Source: Nitrospirota bacterium (GTDB lineage Bacteria; Nitrospirota; UBA9217). From it: a DNA stretch of 64,000 bases. Location of the stretch: contig CAVWHO010000021.1 in NCBI GenBank assembly GCA_963754875.1, positions 1 through 64,000 on the forward strand, read 5' to 3'. This document shows positions 32,101-41,391 of this stretch, piece after piece. The position numbers were made by a program, and so were the translations under genes. The notes beneath the pieces are model-generated. The model was not told where the DNA came from. It was given only the letters and a program-made list of their open reading frames with translations, and did no database searches. Each line of letters begins with the position of its first letter. The first letter of the stretch is position 1.

Positions 32101-32732
32101 GCCAGAAGATCGACCAGATGGGGCCGATTAATGTCGACGCCCTCCAGGAATACAATGAACACAAGGAGCGATATGATCTCCTTTCCGCGCAGCAGACCGA
32201 TATTAATGATTCCATCAATAATCTGAAAGCTACTATCGCCAAGCTGGACGGAGAGACCATTGAACTCTTCACAGAAGCATTCCATTCCATCCAGGAGAAA
32301 TTCAAAGAGGTCTTCTCCCTTCTTTTTGAAGGCGGTCGGGCAGAAATCGTCCTCCTGGAGCCGGAAAACATCCTCGAATCCGGAATTGAAATCATTGCCC
32401 AGCCGCGCGGGAAAAAGTTCCAGAGCATCACGCTCCTTTCGGGCGGCGAACGGGCGCTCACAGCCATCGCCCTCCTGTTCGCGGCCTTCCTGGTCAAGCC
32501 GAGCCCCTTCTGCATGCTTGACGAAGTCGATGCCCCGCTCGATGAGGCTAACGTGACGCGCTTTACGCGCCTTATCCGCGAAATGAGCAGCCGATCTCAG
32601 TTCATTACGATCACGCACAACAAACGGACCATGGAGATGGCCGACGCACTTTACGGCATAACGATGGAGGAGCCCGGCTGTTCCCGCGTGATCTCGGCAA
32701 AGCTCAGGGAGACTGAGACGGTAATGGCATAA
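29145..32732 (+). CDS. smc: Chromosome segregation protein SMC
   Basis: GFKSF, GPNGCGKSN, hinge (GxxG motifs), LSGGERAL, LDEVDAPLD, ITHNK. Confidence 0.97.
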   Translation: MQLKTLEMIGFKSFSDKTTITFQPGVTAVVGPNGCGKSNISDAIRWVLGEQSAKHLRGDKMEDVIFNGSENRKPLGMAEVTLRLSNIGGNLSSEFGQYEEIEITRRLYRSGESEYHINKIPCRLKDIRDLMMDAGVGARIHAIIEQEKVDHILSSKPQDRRFLFEEVAGVMKYKARRQEALSKLESTQQNQLRVNDIIIEVKRQLNSLDRQARKAERYQKIRGEMKDLDYRLASVEYSTLGSEWKTATEEFKKAEDEITELHAALSRIEAAIEESRADALAAEQELSALQHKIHETETSLSRAEHRVEMSKSQIASLTEQRDRDLADRDYLKQETVRIAERKAQHEEETRGLAVSIDEKNAVVAERTENLDALSRLVRDKELSLDEMRAGILNAMTASANEKTRMSNLQTRISQIDEQDARALKDKQELMQKIEELSIQLVARERELEEILSRKSAAQEERAQVSERLEQALVKKKSVETGLNETKNRLAAQNSRLRSLIELEQSLEGYQKGVRTVMSARKEASASERLGTIHGLVADMIETEPQYEVAIEAVLGERLQYVVVDSQHDSLKAIDYLKAKSGGRSTFIPKKPREIKTELFVKNGHAGVIGSALNIVRYNESYGSVAQYLLGDVVVVDTMDTALYLWQKNGIHKTIVTLTGEILDPWGAVTGGTVEAVGTGMLTKRREIKDLEHEIAELTISAAKLESELTSLDATIESDRKIESDLSQQIHSADLEFVNREKDRLGVREEIGRAEGRIKTLDSEASERTVLRSDLNAQVAVSSEVLRQLEAGHSNAQANIESLQAELSAQKETRERALAEITEIKMEIAALQEKQSAASRGLESLVQTEADLADRLAKREIEIAAIAGKLSELDSLITEAEAEIKGHIDILESERKVLVSLQEAHSVKNQALQTSEEQARQIRNDSEAAQKRLSANEVKRTELRMKIEHLKDRIWSTYHAELESVVTELGQFEINLDEAGLQLDEYRQKIDQMGPINVDALQEYNEHKERYDLLSAQQTDINDSINNLKATIAKLDGETIELFTEAFHSIQEKFKEVFSLLFEGGRAEIVLLEPENILESGIEIIAQPRGKKFQSITLLSGGERALTAIALLFAAFLVKPSPFCMLDEVDAPLDEANVTRFTRLIREMSSRSQFITITHNKRTMEMADALYGITMEEPGCSRVISAKLRETETVMA

Positions 32733-32735
32733 TTC

Positions 32736-32794
32736 AGTACGGGGTACAAAGTCCACAGTAACGGCGTGTGTGATCTGCACTCTGTACTTTGCAC
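32736..32794. repeat. Degenerate heptanucleotide tandem repeats in inverted arrangement
   Basis: AGTACGG-GGTACAA-AGTCCAC ... TCTGCAC-TCTGTAC-TTTGCAC. Confidence 0.55.
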
Positions 32795-32829
32795 TTCCCT
32801 TACTTTATTTCCTGTGTTATGCTCCGTTC

Positions 32830-33840
32830 ATGCTTTGTCGTAGAAGAGCTATCTTCAAAATACAAACCGTTACAGTGTTTTTCCAGCTGTTATTCCTTTT
32901 CTCATGGACGCGCCACTACCCGCTTTTGCCGGACCCACCGACACTCCGACCGAGAAACCACAGCCACTTTCGAAACAAGCGGAGGCATCGGAGGCATTCA
33001 GACGTTTTGAACTCGTCTTCGAACCTGATGCCTACTACACGGATCTCGATCTCATCATCAGCTTGACCAAATCCCCGATCCCGCAGCTCGGAGAAATGAC
33101 GGAATCGGAAATTTACGGCAAACTCCTCTCCCGAGCAGCCTTGCTCCCACAATTTCTCGTACTCGAAGCGAGCATCAATCCCATGCCTTATCTCGGGACC
33201 TACATCAGGGAACACAATGAGCATTTCTATGATGATGCGCAGATATCCGGGAGCCTTAACTGGGTCAAGGCGCTTACTGCCGGTTTCGAGGAACCCTATG
33301 CCGTTTCGCTCTTCGCCGGCAATGTCGTCGGGTTCAGCGTTCCCGGAAGCAGGGAGATCGCGGGAAATGGTTACAGCGGGTACCTCTTCAGCGCGGGCGA
33401 CTACCAGATCAAGGACAACACGCTGATCCATGATCGTTGGATGGAGTTTGAGTGGAAAATGAAGGGCGACTGGAAGTCCCCGGTCAAGAAGCTGAGTTGG
33501 AGCTTTCGCATCGGCAGCCAAGCTACACGATAACCCGGACATCACCGACATCGTATATCTCTCGTTCAGGAGAAGCAGGCTCGATTACAAACCGGAGGGA
33601 TCATCGATTTTCAATAACAGCGGGTTTGAATATACCTATGACATGGACCGCCGCACCTTCTCCGCAATCCGCCATTACTTTTATGTGGATAAGAAGTGGC
33701 CTTTTCAGAACAGACGGATGGCTTTTTCGCTTGCCGTCGGTTTTGTGTGGGAATCGGCGAAAAAATATACCGGTGTGCTTGCCTCGGGCCGGGAAAAAAA
33801 CGACTTCCAATTCATTTTACGGCCCAACATCGAGTTCTAA
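32830..33840 (+). CDS. Probable outer-membrane beta-barrel protein, frameshifts near 32911 and 33516
   Basis: Signal-like N-terminus; alternating beta-strands (WMEFEWKMK, LSWSFRIG, FSLAVGFVW); ends FQFILRPNIEF* with a C-terminal Phe. Confidence 0.62.
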
Positions 33841-33853
33841 GGGGATCGGGGCG

Positions 33854-35014
33854 TCAATGTCCGGGGGACGATGGGAGGATGATTTGGTCCGGTGTTACAG
33901 CTTCGACGGCTATTGTATTTACCGAATAATTCCCGAGGCCCGACAGGGGCAAGGACGAACCATACTTCTCCCGAAGTTCCGTTTCCCTGTCTTCGACGCA
34001 GACAATCGCCCGGATCCGTCCTTCCTGCTCTAAGACTGTAATGTGATCCGGATCTTTTGAAGCAGTACTCTCATAGGACGTTTCTTGGCGACACAGTTCC
34101 TCCTGGAGCGCCTTATCGAGGGTGGTTTTGATCGTCATGCCGCCCCGGTACAACTCACGTTCCCCGTAGATGTCCGCGAGCAGCTGTTCAAGAATGCGCT
34201 GATAGCAGGGTCTTCCCTTCACGCCGGTAAACGCAGTGAAATCAAATCTGTCTGTCCCCTCTTGCCGCAGTTTCAGCGGCGCAGCGAGGGCCGCCGCATA
34301 CTCCTCCTGGGTAATGAGTTTTGCCTGCTGCATATTAAACAGGACCCGCTCCTGACGCTCCCTCGCTTTTGCGGGCCTTTTAGCCGGGTTGTAGTAGCGC
34401 GGGTTCGGCAACATCCCAGCCAGCAGTGCAGCCTCGCCTATCGTCAGTTCGGAAGCATGTTTATCCAGGTAATACCGGCTGGCCGCTTCAATGCCGTAGA
34501 TGTTTTCTCCCCACTCGACTTCATTCAGGTATATTTCCAGGATCTGGCGTTTCGTCAGTATTTCCTCGGCTTTCCTGGCAAGCACATATTCCCGCAGCTT
34601 GCGGCTGATGGTCTTTTCCTTTGACAGGAACACGTTCTTTATCATCTGCTGCGTGATCGTGCTCCCCCCGCGGGCGAACCTGTGTTTTTGTACATCGAGG
34701 ACCAAGGCGTCCCAGGTAGCTTTATAGTTCACCCCGTGGTGCTCGAAGAAGGTATCGTCCTCGGCCGTGACAACGGCTTTTATGACGATATCGGGAAGTC
34801 CCTTGATAGGGACCCATATCCTGAATTTGCGGTCGAAATACTGGGTCAGGACATTGCCGTCCTTGTCCGACACTTCAGCCGCTGCTGCAGGCCGATAACG
34901 CTTGAGGAAAGCGACGTTGGGCAGATTGGTCAGGGTGGTTGTGACGAAGACAACAATTATTATAAGGACGAAAGCAAAGAGGATTGCAAGCCCAATGACA
35001 AAAAACTTTTTCAT
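33854..35014 (-). CDS. GT51 transglycosylase-domain protein without a recognisable transpeptidase domain
   Basis: TAEDDTFFEHHGV, GGSTITQQMIKN, RKLRE, ILEIYLN, YGIEAASRYY. Confidence 0.88.
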   Translation of the reverse strand: MKKFFVIGLAILFAFVLIIIVVFVTTTLTNLPNVAFLKRYRPAAAAEVSDKDGNVLTQYFDRKFRIWVPIKGLPDIVIKAVVTAEDDTFFEHHGVNYKATWDALVLDVQKHRFARGGSTITQQMIKNVFLSKEKTISRKLREYVLARKAEEILTKRQILEIYLNEVEWGENIYGIEAASRYYLDKHASELTIGEAALLAGMLPNPRYYNPAKRPAKARERQERVLFNMQQAKLITQEEYAAALAAPLKLRQEGTDRFDFTAFTGVKGRPCYQRILEQLLADIYGERELYRGGMTIKTTLDKALQEELCRQETSYESTASKDPDHITVLEQEGRIRAIVCVEDRETELREKYGSSLPLSGLGNYSVNTIAVEAVTPDQIILPSSPGH

Positions 35015-35023
35015 GAGAGAAGT

Positions 35024-35182
35024 CTATTTTTCTTCATCACGTTTGTGTTCGTGAAAATCATTATCCCTTCTACAGAAGGGCCCGGGGCCTTCTCCTCAAC
35101 CCAAGCCGATGCCCTTGTTGATTCTCCTGACAACAAGTACCACAGCCAAAAGAACAATTGTTATCGTTGTAAAATCGGCCAT
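35024..35182 (-). CDS. Candidate 52-aa membrane-anchored selenoprotein (UGA at 35098-35096)
   Basis: GGAG RBS 9 nt before ATG; MADFTTITIVLLAVVLVVRRINKGIGLG-U-GEGPGPFCRRDNDFHEHKRDEEK*; hairpin CCCUUC-UGUA-GAAGGG starts 15 nt after the UGA. Confidence 0.6.
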
Positions 35183-35244
35183 ACGTAAATACTCCAGCGG
35201 TAAAATGAGGTAATTGGCACAATACACTCTAGAAAAGTTGATGA

Positions 35245-35802
35245 TTATTTCATTGCAATAATGCTCTTAAGAATCTGCACTGTTTGGGGATCCATCCAGT
35301 TACGCGGGCCAATCACCTTGTATCGTACAACCCCCTGGCGGTCAATGATATAGGTTTCTGGAAATTTGTACGTTCCGTAGAGGCCTGCAATGGACCGATC
35401 GGGATCAAGGAGCACGGGTACCTTCAAATTGTTTTGCCGCATAAACGATGTTACGGCGTTCGCACCGCCTTCATCGACGCTTACTGCGAACATCTCGAAG
35501 TCTTTACCCGAAAACTCCGGATAGAGCTTTGCGAGGAGGGGCAGTTCTTCGACGCACGGCGGGCACCAAGTTGCCCAGAAATGAACCATCACAACCTTGC
35601 CCCGGAAATCTGAAAGACTAAAAAACCGTCCGTCCGGAGCGGGAAGCCGGAACTCGGGCGCCTGGTCCCCGTTCGTGATGATCTTATTCCGCAGAGGCCT
35701 GTTTTTAACCACATACCCTGCGACAAAAAGGATCACTAAAAAAACCAGAAGAGAGAAAAAAACGACCTGTTTTTTGCTGCGCTTCGCTACGCTGTCACTC
35801 AT
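35245..35802 (-). CDS. TlpA/ResA-family thiol-disulfide reductase
   Basis: N-terminal TM; GKVVMVHFWATWCPPCVEELP; FPETYIIDRQG. Confidence 0.93.
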   Translation of the reverse strand: MSDSVAKRSKKQVVFFSLLVFLVILFVAGYVVKNRPLRNKIITNGDQAPEFRLPAPDGRFFSLSDFRGKVVMVHFWATWCPPCVEELPLLAKLYPEFSGKDFEMFAVSVDEGGANAVTSFMRQNNLKVPVLLDPDRSIAGLYGTYKFPETYIIDRQGVVRYKVIGPRNWMDPQTVQILKSIIAMK

Positions 35803-36045
35803 GGCACTCGGCCCCTACCAATAAAAATTATTTGCTATTATACGGGTTCTCCCTTCCAGGCGCAAGAACAAATCCGTCAGGGGGAGCGGCGGGTTACCCA
35901 GGAAACGATTGCGAAATACCCCGATACCGACCATGCCGCAGCGCTCCCGATAGTGATCCCAACAATGAGGTTTTCTTTTTATTAATCACGACTGTCGTAC
36001 TTTTTTGATTTGAAAAAACAGGGCAGTTTGTTATAATGAAGCGAT

Positions 36046-37866
36046 ATGATTAGCGAAATTAAGCTGCACGGGAAAGCTAATGAAAAACTGGATTATTTCG
36101 TTACCATCACCGGCGCAGATTTAAGCAGCCGATACTGTTACGAGTCTCTTCCTGAGGGAGATCGCTTCTTTTCCGGGAGAAATGAGTTCATCATCTACCC
36201 GGATGGAATCAGCTATACCGGGACCGGCGGCAGCCTGTGTGAATACATGTTCGGCGTCGACCTTCCGCTGAAGGACCTTCTGCGGAAGGATGTTTCCAAC
36301 CGTCTCGTCATGTATGGAGCGTTCTATGACAAGTCTGACATCATTACGTTTACCAACAACACTGCGGGCAAAGAATCCTTCGACCACGTTTTTCTTACGG
36401 GCAACGCTGTTTCGAATTACTACTTTTTCTTCCATACGTCCCAAAAAACAGAGATCAAAGACATTCAGCGTGATATCCTGAAGAACATTGGCAAGCAACT
36501 GAAGCGGAGCACAACTGTCGGAGCCGGCAATGATACCCGGCTCTGCAGGGAAGTTTACGAATCTCTTGACGACCCCCGGGCACTCGTATTCCTTTTTCGC
36601 CTGCTCAACCGGCATAACGAAGAATATTTCCGCTCATTCAACAGATTTTATACTGAGCAAAAAACGCTTCTTCCAGAAGCACATGCTTTTCTCGACGACT
36701 TGGCAAAAAAATTCAACATCGTCCCCTACCAGCAGGAACGCATCAAGATCGACGGAATGTACAAACTTCCCGAAAACAAGAAGATCGTCGACGAATACAA
36801 GGACATTCTGATATCCGTATCTGAAAAAAGGCAGGTCAACCCCTCGGAACTTGCTAAGCTCTCCCGACTCCGCACGCTGAGCCTCCGACTCAACATCCCC
36901 CATACGCTTTTTGACACTCTCGACGAGCTTCTTCTCAAGGACACCAATATCGTCGAAGTCGAGGAGCCGGACTACGTGCGGGACAGCCGCGCAATCTTTG
37001 AAGGCCTGTTCTTTCATACCGACAAAATCAAAGGACACATCTCGCAGGAAGACCTCGTTAAGCTCTTAAAGGCCAAACAGAAATCGACCCTCGTCAGAGA
37101 CCAGGCATTCGAAGGCCTTCTGCTCGATACGGTCCGGGCCTGCGATGAACACGCGCGGGACCGCAACGACATGAGCGTTCTCGAAGCAATGAGTTATATT
37201 TTGACGTACTTCGATCGCTATGACAGCACTGCGACAATGATCAACAACCTTGCCTTCATGGAGAACTCGGCGCTGGGTGAAGACAACATACGCAGCATCT
37301 TCGGAAATAAGGAGGTCTTCGATCAGATCAGCCCCGAGCTCTTCCGCGAACTGTTTATCGGCGCGCTCCGGGAAAACCGATACCTGACGCGGTATGGCAG
37401 AAAAAAAGTAGATACGCTCTTTCAGGGGCTCCTGCAGATCAAGACCGGAGATACCACCTATCGCGAGCTTGCCGCTTCCATTTCAAAAATAAACGAAGAC
37501 GACAAAATGTATACTTCCATACACCGTTACATCAAAGACCGGTTCAGGAGCATTTATGCGGAGCTGAATTCAAAGGAAGACCAGGAAATATTCATTCAGG
37601 ACCTGAATCGCGAAATCCAGTCCAAAGAAATTATCCAGGGGCCGGTACCTCACGGCGTGTTCGAAGAAATCATCCTGGATATCAGAAAGGAATCATTTTA
37701 TCTGAACAATCTCCTGCCGCATATCATCGTGTCTCGGGACAATCGGGTGCGCGAAGACTTCCTGATGAACAGCGGTCTCGACCGTTTCTATGTAGAAGAA
37801 CTTGAGAAAGATTATTTTGAAATGAATAAAATCGAAAAAAACATCCTTGAAGAGATAAGAAAGTAA
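36046..37866 (+). CDS. TIGR04442-family protein (unknown function)
   Basis: MISEIKLHG, GGSLCEYMFGVD.PL.DL..V.NRLVMYGA, YQQERIKID, SGLDRFYVEELEK recognised as family motifs. Confidence 0.75.
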   Translation: MISEIKLHGKANEKLDYFVTITGADLSSRYCYESLPEGDRFFSGRNEFIIYPDGISYTGTGGSLCEYMFGVDLPLKDLLRKDVSNRLVMYGAFYDKSDIITFTNNTAGKESFDHVFLTGNAVSNYYFFFHTSQKTEIKDIQRDILKNIGKQLKRSTTVGAGNDTRLCREVYESLDDPRALVFLFRLLNRHNEEYFRSFNRFYTEQKTLLPEAHAFLDDLAKKFNIVPYQQERIKIDGMYKLPENKKIVDEYKDILISVSEKRQVNPSELAKLSRLRTLSLRLNIPHTLFDTLDELLLKDTNIVEVEEPDYVRDSRAIFEGLFFHTDKIKGHISQEDLVKLLKAKQKSTLVRDQAFEGLLLDTVRACDEHARDRNDMSVLEAMSYILTYFDRYDSTATMINNLAFMENSALGEDNIRSIFGNKEVFDQISPELFRELFIGALRENRYLTRYGRKKVDTLFQGLLQIKTGDTTYRELAASISKINEDDKMYTSIHRYIKDRFRSIYAELNSKEDQEIFIQDLNREIQSKEIIQGPVPHGVFEEIILDIRKESFYLNNLLPHIIVSRDNRVREDFLMNSGLDRFYVEELEKDYFEMNKIEKNILEEIRK

Positions 37867-37868
37867 CC

Positions 37869-39053
37869 ATGCTCAGAATCAGAATATTGGACCGGTATAT
37901 ACTCTACGAGATGCTCCCGCCGTTCTTCCTGAGCATGGCGGTCCTTCTGCTTGTCCTTTTCCTCGAAAAACTATTCAGGCTGGCGGATCTCGTCGTTTCG
38001 AAGGGCGTCCCCCTGCTGTCTGTTGTACGGCTCCTGGCCTACGCCATGCCCAGTTTCATGGTCATCACCCTTCCCATGTCTCTTGTCGTCGCGTCGCTGA
38101 CCGCTTTTTCCCGCTTGAGTTCCGATTCGGAGATAACCGCCATGAAGGCGTCGCGGGTCAGCTTGTACGGTATGATTCGTCCCGTCTTTATCTTCTCGAT
38201 ATTTACCTTTATCGTTACGGCGTTCACATCGCTTACTCTCGTCCCAGCCGCGAATGAGGCGTTCAAGGTTCATGTATTCAATATGGTTAAGTCAAACGCG
38301 GTAGTCGGAATCGAGCCCGGCGTATTCAGCACGACATTCGACGGCGTGGTTATTTACGTGGACAAAATGGTCTCTCTTGATAACATGGAAGGCGTATTTA
38401 TCTTCGACGAACGGTCGGTCAAAGAACCATACGCCATTGTGGCAAAACACGGCAAACTTTCTGCGGATCCGAAATCGCTCAACGTCACTCTCGCACTGCA
38501 GGACGGATCGATTCACACACCGACGACTGATGACCAGTCGTATTCACTCATTAAATTTGCCTCAGCGCACCTCTTCCTCGATATCAACAGTTCGTTGACT
38601 GGAAAGGGCGATTCCGGCAAAAGCCTCGAGGACATGGGAAGCGGGGAACTGCTCCAGGAAATCAGCAAAGCCCGGCAGGAAGGCAGGCCGACATACCCCT
38701 TTGAAACGGAACTGCATAAGCGGCTCTCGATCCCTTTTGCATGCCTGATCTTCGGTTTGATCGGGGCCCCGCTCGGGATCAGGAAGCATCGATCCGGGAA
38801 ATCAGCAGGCGTCGCTATTGCGCTTCTGGTGTTTCTCGTTTACTATATGATCCTTGGCTCTGCGGCCAATTTAGCACAGACCGGAACAGCGTCACCGTTG
38901 TTGGCGTTCTGGATCCCGAACATTCTCTTGGTAGTTGCCGCCTGGGTCTTCGTCGTCAGAAAAGCCAATGACACAAATTCCATGGTCTGGAACAGGATCA
39001 CGATGATGTACTACAGCGTGAAGGGCCGTTTTAAAAATCCGAGTCTGCCGTAA
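37869..39053 (+). CDS. lptF: LPS export permease LptF
   Basis: ILDRYI, RLSSDSEITAMKAS, ELHKRLSIPFAC, WIPN. Confidence 0.88.
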   Translation: MLRIRILDRYILYEMLPPFFLSMAVLLLVLFLEKLFRLADLVVSKGVPLLSVVRLLAYAMPSFMVITLPMSLVVASLTAFSRLSSDSEITAMKASRVSLYGMIRPVFIFSIFTFIVTAFTSLTLVPAANEAFKVHVFNMVKSNAVVGIEPGVFSTTFDGVVIYVDKMVSLDNMEGVFIFDERSVKEPYAIVAKHGKLSADPKSLNVTLALQDGSIHTPTTDDQSYSLIKFASAHLFLDINSSLTGKGDSGKSLEDMGSGELLQEISKARQEGRPTYPFETELHKRLSIPFACLIFGLIGAPLGIRKHRSGKSAGVAIALLVFLVYYMILGSAANLAQTGTASPLLAFWIPNILLVVAAWVFVVRKANDTNSMVWNRITMMYYSVKGRFKNPSLP

Positions 39054-39071
39054 AAAATACATATTTCTCAC

Positions 39072-40157
39072 ATGACACTGCTCAGCAAACATATATTCAG
39101 GGAATTCATCACGCTTGTCGCTGGCGTCTTGGCGGTCATCATCGTCGTGTATCTTTCGGTGGAGTTTTTGCAGAAGGCGGACCGCCTCATCAAATTTCAT
39201 GCGTCGTTTTCACAAGTTGTGCGGTATTTTATTTACAGTATCCCGAGCATGATTTCATTGTCGCTCCCGATGGCTACCCTCATCGCCTCGCTGCTCTCGC
39301 TCGGCAACCTGTCACGCCACAATGAAATCATCGCCATGCGCGCCAGCGGCGTCAGCCTTGCAAGAATCATCATGCCCATGATCGTGGGAGGAGTGCTGCT
39401 CTCCGCCTTGGGTTTCCTCAACACTGAATACGTCATTCCTGTGTATAGTTCTCGCGCCGACTACGTTCGAAACGTAGAGATCGAGAAGAAACAGCAGCGG
39501 GTCATGTTCCAGCAGCACAAGCTTTGGCTCCGCGGACCTGACAACAGTATTGTAAACATCGATCTGGTGTCTCCGAACAGAAATGAAATGATCGGCATCA
39601 ATATCTACAAGCTAAACACGGATTATTCGCTGCGCGAGCGGATCAAGGCTGACAGCCTCCTGTGGGAAAATGGAAACTGGAGGCTTAAGCACAGCCGGAC
39701 ATTTACGGTGGTCGACGATGAAATTCGCTTTCATGTCTCAGACGACGAGATTTTCAATATCGTAGAGAACCCCAACGACCTGGGCACGATCGTCAAGGAT
39801 TCCCAGGAAATGAATTTTCAGGAGTTGTGGGATTACGTTAAGCGGCTCAAATCAAGCGGCTATAAGGCCGCATCATATGAGGTGGACTTATACAATAAAA
39901 TCGCCTTCCCCTTTTCCAGCCTGCTTGTGGTCATGCTGTCGATCCCTTTTTCGATCCATAAAGTTCGGAGCGGCGGTGCGGGCAAAGGGATTGCCATCGC
40001 TGTGGTTATTGCCTTTTTTTATTGGACACTCATGAGCGTTGGAGGATCACTCGGCCGCTCGGGTATGCTTCCCCCCATGGTCGCCGCGTGGTTTGCAAAC
40101 ATCATCTTTGGGTTTGCGGCAATCGTCGTTCTGGTCCGCATACAAAAAACAACATGA
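39072..40157 (+). CDS. lptG: LPS export permease LptG
   Basis: LSRHNEIIAMRASGVS, KIAFPF, LPPMVAAWFAN. Confidence 0.88.
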   Translation: MTLLSKHIFREFITLVAGVLAVIIVVYLSVEFLQKADRLIKFHASFSQVVRYFIYSIPSMISLSLPMATLIASLLSLGNLSRHNEIIAMRASGVSLARIIMPMIVGGVLLSALGFLNTEYVIPVYSSRADYVRNVEIEKKQQRVMFQQHKLWLRGPDNSIVNIDLVSPNRNEMIGINIYKLNTDYSLRERIKADSLLWENGNWRLKHSRTFTVVDDEIRFHVSDDEIFNIVENPNDLGTIVKDSQEMNFQELWDYVKRLKSSGYKAASYEVDLYNKIAFPFSSLLVVMLSIPFSIHKVRSGGAGKGIAIAVVIAFFYWTLMSVGGSLGRSGMLPPMVAAWFANIIFGFAAIVVLVRIQKTT

Positions 40158-40272
40158 TGCAGCCTGTTGTGGAAACGCCTGGGGATTCCCGCAGGTCGTT
40201 TTTTTGCTCTGCTCCGAACTTCGGTTCAGCAAGCGCTCGCAGCGCTGAATTGCGATCAGTTGGCCAAATACC

Positions 40273-40632
40273 ATGAATAAACTTTTTTTCTCCCACCGCA
40301 TTCTCGATTCTCTTGTTGAAGAAGGCAGAATCAGACTCGATAAGAACATCCTTACGCTCCTGGATGGAGAACAGCTCTCTTTCGAGCTTGAACCTGCGTA
40401 CCGTTTCATTAAAACCGCGGACAACGGCCCCGACCCGCACAACCTTGTCGGCCGGATCAAGTACGAGAAAGAGCTCAAGGCAATGCGTGCCGAATTGTAC
40501 CTGAACTCCGTATTATACCGTGACACAGCCTACGAGGTGGAACCCGGGTTTATCGGCGAAAAAAAGGAGCTCCTGGACAGGCTTTCGGACACCGACCTCC
40601 TTGCCCGGTTTCTGCTGGAGGAACTGTTCTAA
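40273..40632 (+). CDS. Conserved hypothetical protein
   Basis: Coherent ORF (DPHNLVG..YEVEPGFIG..SDTDLLARFLLE) filling the operon gap. Confidence 0.7.
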   Translation: MNKLFFSHRILDSLVEEGRIRLDKNILTLLDGEQLSFELEPAYRFIKTADNGPDPHNLVGRIKYEKELKAMRAELYLNSVLYRDTAYEVEPGFIGEKKELLDRLSDTDLLARFLLEELF

Positions 40633-40636
40633 CATC

Positions 40637-41317
40637 ATGGTTAAACGAATCACAAAAATTTTGCTTGGACTGGCGCTGGTCCCCTTCTGCCTGGGCTATC
40701 TCTGGCAGTTCTTTTCGATGATTTTTTCCATTTCGTACAAACCGCTTACGCCCTACTATTTCGCCGGGGGAGCCATTGCCTATCTGGCGGTCCATGCTCT
40801 GTTCAAAAAGCCGATTCTTGCCTATGTTTTCGGACATGAGCTTACTCATGCATTCTTTGCCATGCTTTTTGGAGGCTCCTTGAAATCATTTCATGCCAGC
40901 GATCGAGGCGGCCGTGTGACCGTGACCAAGTCAAACTTCATCATTACCCTGGCCCCCTACTTTTTCCCTCTCTATACGTTCTTCATCATTGTCCTTTACC
41001 TTATCGCCAGGGCAGCGGCGGCAGGAAGCGCCGCTATCAACACCCTTATCTTCTTCTCGGGTGTAAGTTTCACCTTTCATCTCTTACTCACGTTCCTGTT
41101 TCTCCAGACAGACCAGAATGATATAAAAGAACAAGGGACGGTCTTTTCCTATCCTCTGATTTTCCTGTTCAACATCTTTTTTGCGGCCTTCCTGATCAAC
41201 CTGTACATGGCCGATCATGAGGACTACCTGAGATTTCTTGCAGGTGGTATAATAAAAAGCGCGAATATGATTGCATATGTATTCTCAATGGCATACGGGT
41301 TTATTCAAAAAGCATGA
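40637..41317 (+). CDS. Membrane metallopeptidase, M50B-like
   Basis: YVFGHELTHA (HExxH in a TM), ITLAPYFFP. Confidence 0.72.
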   Translation: MVKRITKILLGLALVPFCLGYLWQFFSMIFSISYKPLTPYYFAGGAIAYLAVHALFKKPILAYVFGHELTHAFFAMLFGGSLKSFHASDRGGRVTVTKSNFIITLAPYFFPLYTFFIIVLYLIARAAAAGSAAINTLIFFSGVSFTFHLLLTFLFLQTDQNDIKEQGTVFSYPLIFLFNIFFAAFLINLYMADHEDYLRFLAGGIIKSANMIAYVFSMAYGFIQKA

Positions 41318-41391
41318 AAAACGAGTCGGACCGCGCAAAACAAGGGGCACGCAGGTCCGCGGATAAGCGTTTTTCGACGAAAGGCAAACGG

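Noticed and set aside
31656..32780. Long antisense ORFs (also 7211-8071, 47244-48293, 62844-63839)
   Set aside because: Shadow frames of GC-rich, well-supported genes on the opposite strand.
35880..35965. Remnant of a small TPR/BamD-like gene (QETIAKYPDTDHA)
   Set aside because: Too short, with no start or context to support it.
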